Assembly: GCA_030141605.1 (NCBI GenBank)
Contig: JAQGDQ010001316.1
Location: 1 to 47,707 of the forward strand
DNA: 47,707 bases
Direction of reading: 5' to 3'
Source of the DNA: Tubiluchus corallicola
Lineage: Eukaryota; Animalia; Priapulida
Of this stretch, positions 26,591-40,554 are shown one piece after another. Within the stretch, counting starts at the first letter, position 1. Every line of letters starts with the position of its first letter. The notes below the pieces were generated by a model. That model had not been told where the DNA came from. It ran no database searches and saw only the letters and a list, made by a program, of their open reading frames with translations. Both the position numbers and the translations under genes were made by a program.

Positions 26591-27232
26591 TTGCTGTGCT
26601 GTGTTGTGTTGTGTTGTTTTGTGTTGTGTTGTGCTGTCTGTGTTTGTTTAGTTGTGTTGTTTTATGTTGCATTATTTTCTGTTGCGTTGTGATTGTATTT
26701 TGTCGTGTTGTGTCGTATTATGTTATGTTGTTTTGTGTAGTGCTTTGTTCTGTAGCTTTATAGTTTTGTTGTGTTGTTTTGTGTAGCACTCTGTTCTGTT
26801 GCAGTGTGTGGTGTTGCTTTGTTGTGTTGTGTTCTGTTCTGTTGCATTGTGGTTGTGCTGTATTGTGTATGTGGTGTTGGTTGCATGTTATAGTTTGTTG
26901 CCTTGTGATGTGTATGAGGTGTTGTTGTATGTTGTATTTTGTTGTGTTGTGTTGTGTATGTGGTGATGTTGCATGTTGTATGTTGTTGTGTTGTATTGTG
27001 TGTGGTGTTGTATTTTGTTGTGTTGTGCTGTATTTTGTTGTGTTGCATTGTGTTGTGTATGTGGTGATGTTGCATGTTGTATATTGTTGTGTTGTATTGT
27101 GCGTGGTGTTGTATTTTGTTGTGTTGTGCTGTATGATGTTGTTGCGTTGTACTGTGCTGCAGTGTACTGCGTTGTGTCGTACTGTGTTGTGTTGTTGTGT
27201 TTGTTGTTTTGTGTAGTATTCTGTTGTGTAGC
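26591..27232 (+). repeat. Degenerate (TTGTG)n pentamer tract just past the stop codon of the membrane-protein gene
   Basis: Continuous tgttg/tgtgt low-complexity sequence. Confidence 0.95.
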
Positions 27233-27280
27233 ATGGCATGAAACAAACAGTGAAAAATGACCTCTCACCTTGTACAGCGG

Positions 27281-28243
27281 TCACACATAAGCTTTACTGG
27301 GTCTAGCAGGAGCACCTCTTCTAGACACAGGAGGAGGCTTTGAAACTGATTCCATCACACCACCGTGCAAGTTGAAATCCTTCGCTAGATGATGTGTATA
27401 AGAACTGCTCGGTGATTTACTCCTCGCATCTACTTCTACGACTGCATAATGCTTTGAGGGGTCAACTGAGGTCAAGGTCAACGAGGGGTCAACTCGCAAA
27501 TCGTGGGCATTATTGTTCCACGATGTATTACGTTTTAAATCTAATTCATCTGATGCAGAACTAACATTTGTACTGAATGTTCCAGCGTTTTGAGCAACGT
27601 TTTTATTTTGTCGATTAGATGTGTCACATCTGTCACGTGACGCAACATTCTGACCAACCTTATGACGACTGTGATGTCTACAGGGTAACTTTGGCTTCTT
27701 TTTCTGCATGAGGTAATCCCCATTTTTGGGCGTGTCCCTGTCAACTGGAGATACAAGCAGGGCTTCGTCTATAGACTCGTATATGTGACCTTGAACCTTG
27801 TCGTCACGTGGACTTTCTTTTATGGCTTCATTATCTAAATGGACGTGGGAGGAATGGTCAGTTTCAGTTCTGTACGGCTGGAATGGTTTTATTGCACTCT
27901 TGGATGACGTATTTATATCAGGCAACTCCGAAAGTGGTTTAGTCCATAAAACTTTTGCACCCTGAGTCATTGCTGATGGTGAAGCCATTTCATCCCCGTA
28001 ACGATTTCTGCCACCAGGCGACGCTGCGTTTCTGTGCAGAGGAGAGCAGAGGGCGGACAAACCCAGCCTGACTCCCGTTTTCTTGCCTGCTCTCGAGTCC
28101 TCTATTCCAAACGACTGGAACTCTGGCTTCTCTGGAAGTTCCCGGTCCTGCCTCACCAACTGACTAGCTTTGTTGGATTTTTCTGGCACTATGGTCGTCG
28201 TCCATAGTGGAAAGTTTTGCGAGAAAAATTCTTGGGACGGAAT
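27281..28243 (-). CDS. Last coding exon (320 aa + stop) of single-pass membrane protein; low-complexity cytoplasmic tail
   Basis: Acceptor tttttttccag|ATT at 28243 in phase 0, in frame with ORF 27281..28189. Contains HIYESIDE, DYLM, HYAVV, KPPPVSRR and ends KAYV*. Confidence 0.85.
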   Translation of the reverse strand: MPSQEFFSQNFPLWTTTIVPEKSNKASQLVRQDRELPEKPEFQSFGIEDSRAGKKTGVRLGLSALCSPLHRNAASPGGRNRYGDEMASPSAMTQGAKVLWTKPLSELPDINTSSKSAIKPFQPYRTETDHSSHVHLDNEAIKESPRDDKVQGHIYESIDEALLVSPVDRDTPKNGDYLMQKKKPKLPCRHHSRHKVGQNVASRDRCDTSNRQNKNVAQNAGTFSTNVSSASDELDLKRNTSWNNNAHDLRVDPSLTLTSVDPSKHYAVVEVDARSKSPSSSYTHHLAKDFNLHGGVMESVSKPPPVSRRGAPARPSKAYV

Positions 28244-28607
28244 CTGGAAAAAAATGAATCATGAGCAAAATTCCTATGACGGAATCTACAAAAGAGATGA
28301 GTCAGCCAATGAGGACACGATTAACCACCAAAAAATCCCCTCTTGTCCCCTTTATTTAATTTGGCAGTAAAAGAAAAGACAACCGACCCCTGCCTAATGG
28401 ACAATAATAGTATAAAGTGAATTCTCATGTGAATATGGAAAAAACGGTCTTACATTTTAACACAATAAAAGCTGGATTACGTATACACACTTGCAACTAT
28501 TAAGCCAATACGGGAAGGAATCCCAAGACAAAGTTGTGACCTCAGCAACACTGCTGATGCTGCCATCTAATAGAAAAAAGGGAATTAATGTGTTTTTTTA
28601 ATCTTAC

Positions 28608-28707
28608 CTGAACGTGGGTGTCGTACAAGTTTGAATTATTCAATGACGACGTTGTTTCGTGGCTCCCTCTGGGCGGATATTTAGCTTCTAGTTTCCGCCT
28701 CCGCTTC
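28608..28707 (-). CDS. Middle coding exon (100 nt): (R)KRRRKLEAKYPPRGSHETTSSLNNSNLYDTHVQ
   Basis: tttgcacag|G acceptor and CAG|gtaag donor. Phases 2 and 0 match both neighbouring exons. Supplies the basic stop-transfer stretch after the TM helix. Confidence 0.85.
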
Positions 28708-28856
28708 CTGTGCAAAGCAAAAATTCGAGTTAGTTGCAATTATGTCCACCAGGGTGGGGGGGGGGGGGAATTGCGTGCTTGGTGCTGAACATTGACCTGT
28801 TTCGTTTGAAGACTAAACCTCAAAAACTACGCCTAAGGCCATTTTTTTACTAATGG

Positions 28857-29420
28857 CAGGTCAAAGGTGACCAATATAGATCAAAGGCGACCAATGACAG
28901 GTCAAAAGTAACCAACACAGGTCAAAGGTGACGAATGACAGGTCAAAGGTGACCAATGACAGGTTAAAAGTAACCAATGCAGGTCAAAGGTGACCAGTGA
29001 CAGGTCAAAGGTAACCCATACAGGTCAAAGGTGACCAATGACAGGTGAAATGAAACCCATTCAGGTCAAAGGTGACTAATGACAGATCAAAGGTAACCCA
29101 TACAGGTCAAAAGTGACCAATGACAGGTCAAAAGTAACCAATGCAGGTCAAAGGTGACCAGTGACAGGTCAAAGGTAAACCATATAGGTCAAAGGTGACC
29201 AATGACAGGTCAAAAGAAACCTATTTAGGTCAAAGGTAACCAATGACAGGTCAAAGGTAACCTATACAGGTCAAATGTGACCAATGACAGATCAAAGGTG
29301 ATCAATACAGGTCAAAAGTGACCACGTGACAGGTCAAAGTGCTGAACACCATGTGACAGGTCAATAGTGTAGACCAATGACAGGTAGAAATGTAAACCCA
29401 TTCAGGTCAAAGGTGACTAT
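28857..29420 (+). repeat. ~20-21-bp minisatellite (caggtcaaaggtgaccaatga), ~27 copies, each resembling a DR1 site
   Basis: Recurrent aggtcaaaggt(g/a)a. Confidence 0.93.
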
Positions 29421-30086
29421 ATGTACATGATCAATCTAGCCATGATTATTTGAGATGCAAACATAAAAGCGTTTATTCATATAATCAAGCAAATTTGTAT
29501 TTGTCCCAGCATCCCAAGACGAACTTCTGTCAACAAAAGCCTACGTCCAGGGCTGATCCAGCATTGATGAGGGTGCATACAGGGAGCACCCCGTAGCATG
29601 CTACTCCAAAATGTTTCATTTCTATATTTAGGTAACTCGGGCACAAAGCCTCGCTTCGAGCCTTTTTGGCAGATCCAGTACAGGATGCCGTGATTTGACT
29701 CGAAGCACGAAACCTGGCGCCGCCACACATGTGGATAATTCGATCAGAGCAATAGCGTGTTTTCTCTTGTATCAGAAATAGAAGCCAAATTACGTTATGC
29801 GGGCGAATATACTCTAATAAAAGATGGAAGATAAAAAGAATTACTTTATTGCATCACTTTTGAATGGGTGACTGTATTGCGCCAGGTTTCGAGGGAATGC
29901 GTCCCGGGAGATGACATAGAATCTGATACGTGCCGTAGCCGTAGCTGTAGCTGTAGCTGTAGCTGATGTTTTTTAAAGAAAATGCCAAGTCTTCTTGAAA
30001 GTTAGGCTCATTTTCATGTTCCAAAAACGATTTTAGAACGATTTACAGTAATGAAACTGCAATAAGTGCCTCGTGTTATTAGTAAT

Positions 30087-32497
30087 ATTTGCAATATGGT
30101 CTATTCAGTACTTTATTTGCAACATGGTCTATTCAGTACTTTATATGCAATATGGTCTATTCAGTACTTTATTTGCAATATGGTCTATTCAGTACTTTAT
30201 TTGCAATATGGTCTATTCAGTACTTTATTTGCAATATGGTCTATTCAGTACTTTATTTGCAATATGGTCATTTCAGTACTTTATTTGCACTATGGTCTAT
30301 TCAATATTTTATTTGCAATATGATCAATTCAGTACTTTATTTGCAATATGATCAATTCAGTACTTTATTTGCAATATGGTCAATTCAGTACTTTATTTGC
30401 ACTATAGTCTATTCAGTACTTTATTTGCAATATGGTCTATCCAGTACTTTATTTGCAATATAGTCTATTCAGTACTTTATTTGCAATATGGTCTATTCAG
30501 TACTTTATTTGCAACAAGGTCTATTCAGTACTTTATTTGCAATATGGTCTATTCAGTACTTTATTTGCACTATGGTCTATTCAGTACTTTATTTGCAATA
30601 TGGTCTATTCAGTACTTTATTTGCAATATGGTCTATTCAGCACTTTATTTGCAATATGGTCTATTCAGTACTTTATTTGCACTATGGTCTATTCAGTACT
30701 TTATTTACAATATGGTCTATTCAGTACTTTATTTGCAATATGGTCTATTCAGTACTTTATTTGCAATATGGTCTATTCAGTACTTTATTTGCAATATGGT
30801 CTATTCAGTACTTTATTTGCAATATGGTCATTTCAGTACTTTATTTGCACTATGGTCTATTCAATATTTTATTTGCAATATGATCAATTCAGTACTTTAT
30901 TTGCAATATGATCAATTCAGTACTTTATTTGCAATATGGTCAATTCAGTACTTTATTTGCACTATAGTCTATTCAGTACTTTATTTGCAATATGGTCTAC
31001 TTCAATATTTCAGTCTTTTTATATGATCTATATTTTATTTGCAATATGGTCTATTCAATACTTTATTTGCACTATAGTCTATTCAGTACTTTATTTGCAA
31101 TATAGTCTATTCAGTACTTTTTTTGCACTATAGTCTATTCAGTACTTTATTTGCAATATGGTCTATTCAGTACTTTATTTGCAATATATCATTCAGACTT
31201 ATTTGCAATATGGTCTATTCAGTACTTTATTTGCAATATAGTCTATTCAGTACTTTATTTGCAATATGGTCTATTCAGTACTTTATTTGCAACATGGTCT
31301 ATTCAGTACTTTATTTGCAATATGGTCTATTCAGTACTTTATTTGCACTATGGTCTATTCAGTACTTTATTTGCAATATGGTCTATTCAGTACTTTATTT
31401 GCACTATGGTCTATTCAGTACTTTATTTGCAATATGGTCTATTCAGTATTTTATTTGCAATATGGTCCATTCAGTACTTTATTTATAATATGGTCTATTC
31501 AGTACTTTATTTGCAATATGGTCTGTTCAGTATTTTATTTGCAGTATGGTCTATTCAGTACTTTATTTACAATATGGTCTATTCAGTTCTTTTGTTTGCA
31601 CTATGATCTATTCAGTACATTATTTGCAACATGATCCATTCAGCACTTTATTTGCACTGTGGTCTTTCAGTACTTTATTTGCAATATGGTCTATTCAGTA
31701 CTTTATTTGCACTATAGTCTATTCAGTACTTTATTTGCAATATGGTCTATTCAGTACTTTATTTGCAATATAGTCTATTCAGTACTTTATTTGCAATATA
31801 GTCTATTCAGTACTTTATTTGCAATATAGTCTATTCAGTTCTTTATTTGCAATATAGTCTATTCAGTACTTTATTTGCACCATGGTATATTCAGTACTTT
31901 ATTTGCACTATGGTATATTCAGTACTTTATTTGCAATATAGTCTATTCAGCACTCTATTTGCACTATAGTCTATTCAGTACTTTATTTGCAATATAGTCT
32001 ATTCAGTACTTTATTTGCAATATAGTCTATTCAGTACTTTATTTGCACCATGGTATATTCAGTACTTTATTTGCACTATGGTATATTCAGTACTTTATTT
32101 GCAATATAGTCTATTCAGCACTCTATTTGCACTACAGTCTATTCAGTACTTTATTTGCACTATAGTCTATTCAGTATTTTATTTGCAATATAGTCTATTC
32201 AGTACTTTATTTGCACTATAGTCTATTCAGTACTTTATTTGCAATATGGTCTATTCAGTACTTTATTTGCACTATAGTCTATTCAGTACTTTATTTGCAA
32301 TATAGTCTATTCAGTACTTTATTTGCAATATAGTCTATTCAGTACTTTATTTGCACCATGGTATATTCAGTACTTTATTTGCACTATGGTATATTCAGTA
32401 CTTTATTTGCAATATAGTCTATTCAGCACTCTATTTGCACTATAGTCTATTCAGTACATTATTTGCACTATAGTCTATTCAGTACTTTATTTGCAAC
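30087..32497 (+). repeat. 28-bp minisatellite (atttgcaatatggtctattcagtacttt), ~86 copies
   Basis: Continuous 28-bp period. A variant block (ggtcatttcag...tgatcaattc) is duplicated at a 560-bp offset (30271/30831). Confidence 0.98.
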
Positions 32498-32724
32498 GCA
32501 TATCAGAGCACGTGTTACTCTCTGTTTTCATGTCATCAGAACTGAAATGGACAAATAATCCCTATAATCCAGTTAGATTAAGCAAACATAATCCTACATA
32601 ATAATCTGATAGCCCAGGCGGCTTTGCATTGCTGTTAAGGACTCTAGGGTGCATATGCTTGTATTTCCATCCACGGGCAAACTGACCTTGTCATGCTAGA
32701 GGACATAGGGATGAGACATCTAGA

Positions 32725-32726
<2 letters not shown>

Positions 32727-32762
<36 letters not shown>

Positions 32763-32824
32763 AGAGAGAGAATGAGTGAGAGGGAGAGAGAGGGCGAGAG
32801 AGAGAGAGAGACACGGAGAGAGAA

Positions 32825-32908
<84 letters not shown>

Positions 32909-33036
32909 AGAGAAAGAGAAAGAGAAAGAGAAAGAGAAAGAGAAAGAGAAAGAGAAAGAGAAAGAGAAAGAGAAAGAGAAAGAGAAAGAGAAAGAGAGAG
33001 AATGAGTGAGAGGGAGAGAGATACAGGGAAAGAGAA

Positions 33037-33071
<35 letters not shown>

Positions 33072-33295
33072 CAGGGAGATGGAGAAAGAGAGACAGGGAG
33101 AGAGAGAGGGAGAGAGAGAAAGAGAGACAGGGAGAGAGAGAGGGAGAGAGAGAAAGAGAGAGACAGGGAGAGAGGGGGGAGAGAGAGAAAGAGAGACAGG
33201 GAGAGAGAGAGGGAGATGGAGAAAGAGAGACAGGGAGAGAGAGAGGGAGAGAGAGAAAGAGAGAGACAGGGAGAGAGGGGGGAGAGGAGAAAGAA
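32727..33295 (+). repeat. (GA)n / (AGAAAG)n polypurine tract
   Basis: Direct reading. Confidence 0.98.
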
Positions 33296-33672
33296 TGAAA
33301 TACTTTTGCAATCCAGGATGGCAATAAGAGAACTAAGGAATATGAATAAAACAAATTAAAAAAACATTTATAAAGACAGCAAAGCTTAAAAATAACTATC
33401 AATGGCAGATCACATAAAACAGTTTTATTCAATGGCTGCCCGTAATCGGATTATTCATTTAATTTTGTTCCAAACACAGGTCAACAGAGTTTCAGGTAAA
33501 TCCAGGTAAATGACAATTTTGCAATAAGCAGGAAATGCTCCTGCTTCAGATAATAAAACCTGGTTGGGATGCTCAGCTTTATAAAATGAAAACCAAATTT
33601 TCCCAAATATCAAAGGGCAAAACAAAAGGAGACATTGTACTTGGCTTCACCTGGCTTCTATAAGTGTGTTAA

Positions 33673-34105
33673 TCATTCATTCGTTCGTTCGTTCATTCAT
33701 TCATTCATTCATTCATTCATTAATTCATTCATTCATTCATTCATTCATTCATTCATTCATGCATTCATTCATTCATTCATTCATTCATTCATGCATTCTC
33801 ATTCATTTGTTCGCTTATTTATTTGTTCGTTCATTCGTTCGTTCGCTCATTCATTTATTCGTTTGTTCGCTTGTCCATTCACTCACTCACTCATGCATCC
33901 ATTCATTCGCTGATATATTCGTTCGTTCATTCATTCGTTCGTTCATTCATTTATTCATTCATTCATTCATTCACTCAGTCACCCATTTATTCGTTCGTTC
34001 GCTTGTCCATTTACTCGCTCACTCATTCGTCCATTCATTCATTCATTCGCTCATTTATTCTTCCGTTCGTTCGTTCATTCGTTCGCTCATTCATTCTTTC
34101 ATGCA
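33673..34105 (+). repeat. (TTCA)n/(TTCG)n tetranucleotide tract
   Basis: Direct reading. Confidence 0.97.
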
Positions 34106-34618
34106 TTTATATACCCATTACACACACTAATTTTCTAAACTATTTTATAAATTGTCCAATGGAGCACTTCCTTCCAATTTTCACATTTCCTGTCAACCCA
34201 CTTGAATGGCAATTTTACTCTAAAAGCACCACAAAGAATTTCGCGCATTCAGGGCCTAAAACATCCCAAACAAAAACAGTTTTATCCGCCGAGGTCATTA
34301 AAGTTAAACGCTTAATCAACCAGCGACTTCATTCACAAAGAACGCGACTGACCATGGTCCACTTGTGGGTGTGAATAGTGGTCATTCTCTGCGTCAACCA
34401 GCTGGAAAATTGGAATCAAGAGAAAGCTGAAATCAAAGCGAGGGTTTGTGTAAATTTGACGAGTTTTAAATTGACCTGTTGGATTAAGTGACAAGACTGG
34501 ATTAAGTGGCTTATCTCAAGAGCTAATCTTAATACAGAAGACTAGACATTAAGAGTGTTTGTGGACAGGGTACGTACTGTAGAAATGCTACAATTAAACA
34601 AGACACTCCGTATGAAAT

Positions 34619-35670
34619 AATGAATTAATCAATAAACGAATGAACGAACGAACGAACGAACGAACGAACGAACGAACGAACGAACGAACGAATGAATGAA
34701 TGAATGAACGAACGAATGAATGAATGAATGAATGAACAAACAAATAAACAAATAAGTGAAATAATGAATGAATGAATAGTTAAAAGAATGAGTGGAAAAA
34801 TGAATGAATGCATGAATGGATGAATAAATGAATCAATGAAAAACTGAATAAATTAATGAATGAACAAACAAATGAATGAATGAATGAATAAATGAATGAA
34901 TGAATGAATGAATGAATGAATGAATGAATGAATGAATGAATGAATAAATGAATCAATGAAAAACTGAATAAATTAATGAATGAACAAACAAATGAATGAA
35001 TGAATGAATGAATAAACGAATGAATGAATGAATGAATGAATAAACGAATGAATGAATGAATGAATGAACAAACAAATGAATGAATGAATGAATGAACAAA
35101 CAAATGAATGAATGAATGAATGAATAAACGAATGAATGAATGAATGAATGAATGAATGAATGAATGAATGAATGAATGAATAAATAAATGAATCAATGAA
35201 AAACTGAATAAATTAATGAATGAACAAACAAATGAATGAATGAATGAATGAATAAATGAATGAATGAATGAATGAATGCATGAATGAATAAATAAATGAA
35301 TCAATGAAAAACTGAATAAATTAATGAATGAACAAACAAATGAGTGAATGAATGAATGAATGAATGAATGAATGAATGAATGAATGAATGAATGAATGAA
35401 TGAATGAATGAATGAATGAATAAATGCATAGATGAATAAATGAGTCAATGAAAGACTGAATAAATTGATGAATGAACTAACAAATGAATGAATGAATGAA
35501 TGAACGAACGAACGAACGAACGAACGAACGAACGAACGAATGAGTTCCGAATAAATGAACGGAAAAATCAAATGATGGAATAAATGCACCAAAGAACAAA
35601 CAAAGAACAACAAAAGAAATGAGCATGAGAGTAAATGATTGTACGAACGAACAGACAAACAAACGAACGT
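34619..35670 (+). repeat. (TGAA)n/(CGAA)n tract, complementary to 33673-34105
   Basis: Direct reading. A higher-order block aatcaatgaaaaactgaataaattaatg is repeated ~5 times. Confidence 0.97.
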
Positions 35671-36328
35671 TCAAAAGGTGAATAAACTTTTATTTCAGCT
35701 CTGCCCAAAAACAGCACAATATAAAATGAAGCCATACTACATATACAGCACTACAATTCTCAACAGTACTTTATGAAGACACAACTCCCATACCAATAAT
35801 AACTGCGTAGTTTTTATGAATAATTACTTATCCTCTTCCCGGTAATAAGATGTGCAATACTCTACCATGAGGAAGCCAGACAGAGAAGCCAACGTGCTCT
35901 TATTAAGGCACGTGTAAGAAGTAAAAGATTCAATATACTTTGATACTGAAGATATAGTTAATTAGAGCAAAGTCACTATAATTAATGGGTGGGGGGAGGG
36001 GGGAGGGAATTAGTGAACTGTACCCACTGATTGACAAGTGTCCAGCGTTGAATACAGACTGACAGTGATTAGTAAGATCTACAGGAAATCTAATTGCGTT
36101 CGAGCCATTATATAAATGAAAAGATGGATGGATAGCCTTACATTCTTGGCAAATTGGACGGGCAGACAAAGGAAGCCAAATTACAGGGATGAGGAGACTG
36201 CATGAGGAGGAGGAAGCCAAGTGGAAGATGCTATCAAGGAGGCCTGCAGACGAGGACGCTGAGAGGAGATGAAATAAATATGAGAAAGGGAGGAGATTGC
36301 CTTCAAAGAGCCTTCACCTCTCCGCTAT

Positions 36329-36329
<1 letters not shown>

Positions 36330-36368
<39 letters not shown>

Positions 36369-36383
36369 CTCTCTCGTCTGCTC

Positions 36384-36427
<44 letters not shown>

Positions 36428-36555
36428 CTTTCTCTCTTTCTCTCGTCTACTCTTCTCTCTGTCCCCTCCTCTTTCTCTCTCTCTCTCTTTCTCGTCTACT
36501 CTTCTCTCTCCCCTCCTTTTTCTCTCCCTCTCTCTCCTCTCTCATCCTCTTATCC
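36330..36555 (+). repeat. (CT)n tract
   Basis: Direct reading. Confidence 0.96.
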
Positions 36556-36596
36556 TCTTCATTGTCTTGTTTTCCCAAGGTATTTACTTAAGTCGC

Positions 36597-36868
36597 ATCT
36601 CATCATCATCATCATTATCATCATCAACATTACCACCACCACCATCGTCGTCATCGTCATCATCATCATCATCATCATCATGATCATCATCATCATCATC
36701 GTCATTAAAATCATTGTCTCACTATCACCATCACCATCACCACCACCACAACCGTCACCATCTATACCACCACCATCATCACCACCACGACTGTCACCAT
36801 CTATACCACCACCATCATCACCACCACCACCACCACCACCACTACCGTTGACACTCATCATCATTATT
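36597..36868 (+). repeat. (CAT)n/(CAC)n trinucleotide tract
   Basis: Direct reading. Confidence 0.95.
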
Positions 36869-37524
36869 ATGTTCTCGTTGCACAAAACAATGGCAAAGCG
36901 AGACGAAACTGTCAACGATCTACCTTATTTTATATGATTATGTTTTTAAGCTATTATTATTATGCTTATTGTCCATAACGTCAAGCCTGGGCTATTTAGA
37001 TGGCAGGAAATAACTAATTTGACAAACTTGACATGGCCTTTGTAATTACGAACAATTATCAACTAATGTTTTATTAATAAAATTACGCGCGGTAGCACAA
37101 TGTCTGTATCTATGACCGAGAGCTCTGTGACGCATGACGTAAGCACAAGATTACTACGCGTGATGAATGTAACAATGGCGCCCCCTGATTGCACTTAAAA
37201 TACGGATTGTTTCGCGTTTGTGTCAGAGTTAATGATGACTAAGTGTCAGACATGGGGCACTTATACTAGAATTACAGCCTAGCAGAGCTAACAGATCGGA
37301 TGTGAATGTTAGCGGGGGGTTAGAGTCTTGGGGATACTGTAACTTGATAACATCTCAGCTTCCAGACTTGCAGAGAAGGAATTTCACAAATGTAGGACAA
37401 GCTAACACGTATTAATCAGTGATAGATATTCAATTCTTCTTTAGACAAAGACATTTTCCATTCAGAATTACCAATTGCCTACAATGCAACAAATCATGTT
37501 TTTGCCATCAAGACGAAGAAAACG

Positions 37525-37990
<466 letters not shown>

Positions 37991-39302
37991 CACCATACTT
38001 TTAACAACGAAATGCCAAGTGGATAATGGTGGCAAAAATAATGATGACAACACCGGGCAATATAATCGACTACGATAAATGTGTACAAGTGATGGCGTCA
38101 ATGCTAATGATAATGATGACGACTATTAAATTGGTAATCGTCCATTCAGGTTACTTGACCTCTTTAACGTCTGGAAGATGAAATCAGATGATTGTTTTAC
38201 ACACATCGGTTCCAGAAGTAATCAGAACTCAGACTACATTATAACTGAGCAGAGAGATGAATCAAAGGTCACCCAATGACCTAAAAATATACTGGAAAGT
38301 GTAGCTCAGAGCTAAACCGAATTGAAGACTCGTTGTAATTAACTAATTACGCCTAATAGGAAAAAAACACAGTTACGAGATTTAACAAACAAGTTCACAA
38401 TTTTATACCTACTCAGACTTACACATACCTCATATCGTGTTTGACATTAAAACAGGTTTAGTTTCGCTACACTACCATTAAAAATTAAACCATCCTCGCT
38501 AGTTTGTGAAATTGCTTGTGAGGTGACAAGAAACAACATTTACAGGGTCGCCTCAAATGGGTTTTTTTAATTATCAGCTCGTAAAACTGGTGAAATATTG
38601 CCAGTCATATAATAGGCGTCTCCTGGGAAAGAGGTGGTTTGGGCAAACAATTTTGAGAATCTAAAACAACTGCAAAAGCGTGTAGAGACTGTGATCACTT
38701 TTCAGCAAATGTACTCTAGACACTTTACAAGTATTTTTAAATGACTGAAGAACGTAGCGGTTGACCAAATAATCATTGTTGTAATAGGAGACAATGGATC
38801 ATTATTTAAATGCACATGGTCACGCGTCAGTAAGCGTTTAAGTGCACCTGCATGCAGCCAATGTTGTTTAAATACACAGATATTGTGAACTACTACAACC
38901 ATGTTGTTTTTGTCAGTTTAGTCAAGTCAATTGTCAAATGACAATATCAATGGATAATATTCATAAATGTAGGTACTTGTTGCAAGTGTTTTAGCTAATT
39001 AAGACTAATGCTGCTAGTATAACGTAATGTTATTATTAAGGTTTTTTGAGAAAATCAAGTAGTCTTAGAAATGTTTATATTAAAAACAAGGCTGTGGTTT
39101 TTAATATAACTACTAGAAACAAAAATTCGAACCGTGCAAAAATTTTAACTATATGAAAGTCTGTGACTTTATGGTTTGTGATTTTTCTGATTATGTATAA
39201 CAAACTGTGACCGTTTAAATGAATAAAAATATAAGTCAAGAATTAGAAAATCATGGTTTGTAGGTATAATAGTCTTGTACTATTTGTTCTATACTACTAT
39301 CT

Positions 39303-39825
39303 GGCATTGCTCTATGCCAGTACAAGCATTGCACTATGTCAGTACAAGCACTGCACTATGCCAGTACAAGCATTGCACTATGCCAGTAGAAGCATTGCAC
39401 TATGCCAGTACAACCGTTGCACTATGCCAGTGCAAGCATTGCTCTATGCCAATGCAAGCATTGCTCTATGCCAGTACGAGCATTGCTCTATGCCAGTACA
39501 AGCATTGCACTATGCCAGTAGAAGCATTGCACTATGCCTGTACAACCGTTGCAGTATGCCAGTGCAAGCATTGCTCTATGCCAGTGCAAGCATTGCTCTA
39601 TGCCAGTACAAGCGTTGCATTATGCAAGCACAAGCATTGCATTATTTATGCCAGTACAAGCATTGCATTAACTACACCAGTACAAGCATTGCACTACGCC
39701 AGTACAACCGTTGCACTATACCAGGAGAAGCATTGCAGTATGCCAATAGAAGCATTGCACTATGCCAGTATTACCATTGCGCTATGCCAATAGAAGCATT
39801 TCACAATGCCAGTACAAGCATAGCA
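39303..39825 (+). repeat. 22-bp minisatellite (gcattgcactatgccagtacaa), ~24 copies; left arm of a foldback
   Basis: 22-bp period; reverse complement of the 40555-42077 array. Confidence 0.95.
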
Positions 39826-40554
39826 CATTTCAGTTACTAACATCCATGAATTTCAATTTCTTGGCTTACTAGTTTTTTACTTACTGCCTGATTTAAAGCT
39901 AAATTAAAGTATCAACATACATAGCAGTACTAAAACAGCATATAAAAGCAGTTAATACAGGCTCATAAGTTACAATGCAGTACTGGTTAGTGTCGTGATA
40001 GTAAACCCGCCCCTAAACGCCGCTCACAGTGGGTGGTCTCCAAGTAATTTGAAACCACCTCGCACGAACTTATTAAATAAATCTAAGATCAATTTCAGAT
40101 AAGGCCTATCTTCCTGTAATCATATATAACCACCACGGATCGCTATCTTAGCTCAGCTGCTAATTAGACACCTGGGATGCTATCTTTCTCTCGGATGAGG
40201 AGTTCCTCGCATCCACACAGCTGAGTAGCAATTTTCAATTTGGAGATTACAAATTAAACTTGTCGTGTGTAAAGCGAGAAAATTACTGCTGGGAAATGAA
40301 GCGAGTAAACAAGAGACTGTGTAAAAATAGAGACAATTTTGCACGTGTGGTGGCGCTTCTAGCACGTTTTCTCTCTACTATTAATAACACTATATATAGT
40401 ACTGAATTATAACTTATAAGACAATAATAAGTGTTTTTATATGCTGTTTTAGTACTGGTATGTATTTTAATATTTTAACTTAGCTTTAAATCAGCTATAA
40501 AAGAAAAATTAAACCTAAAAAAATTGAAAAATTCCTGGAGGCTAAATTCCGGAA

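Noticed and set aside
29477-29730. GC-richer intronic patch with short ORFs
   Set aside because: No recognisable domain and no splice pair compatible with the flanking exon phases. Possibly a repeat fragment.
40145-40230. TAGCTCAG tRNA/SINE A-box-like motif
   Set aside because: No B-box (GTTCRA) at a suitable distance and no cloverleaf.
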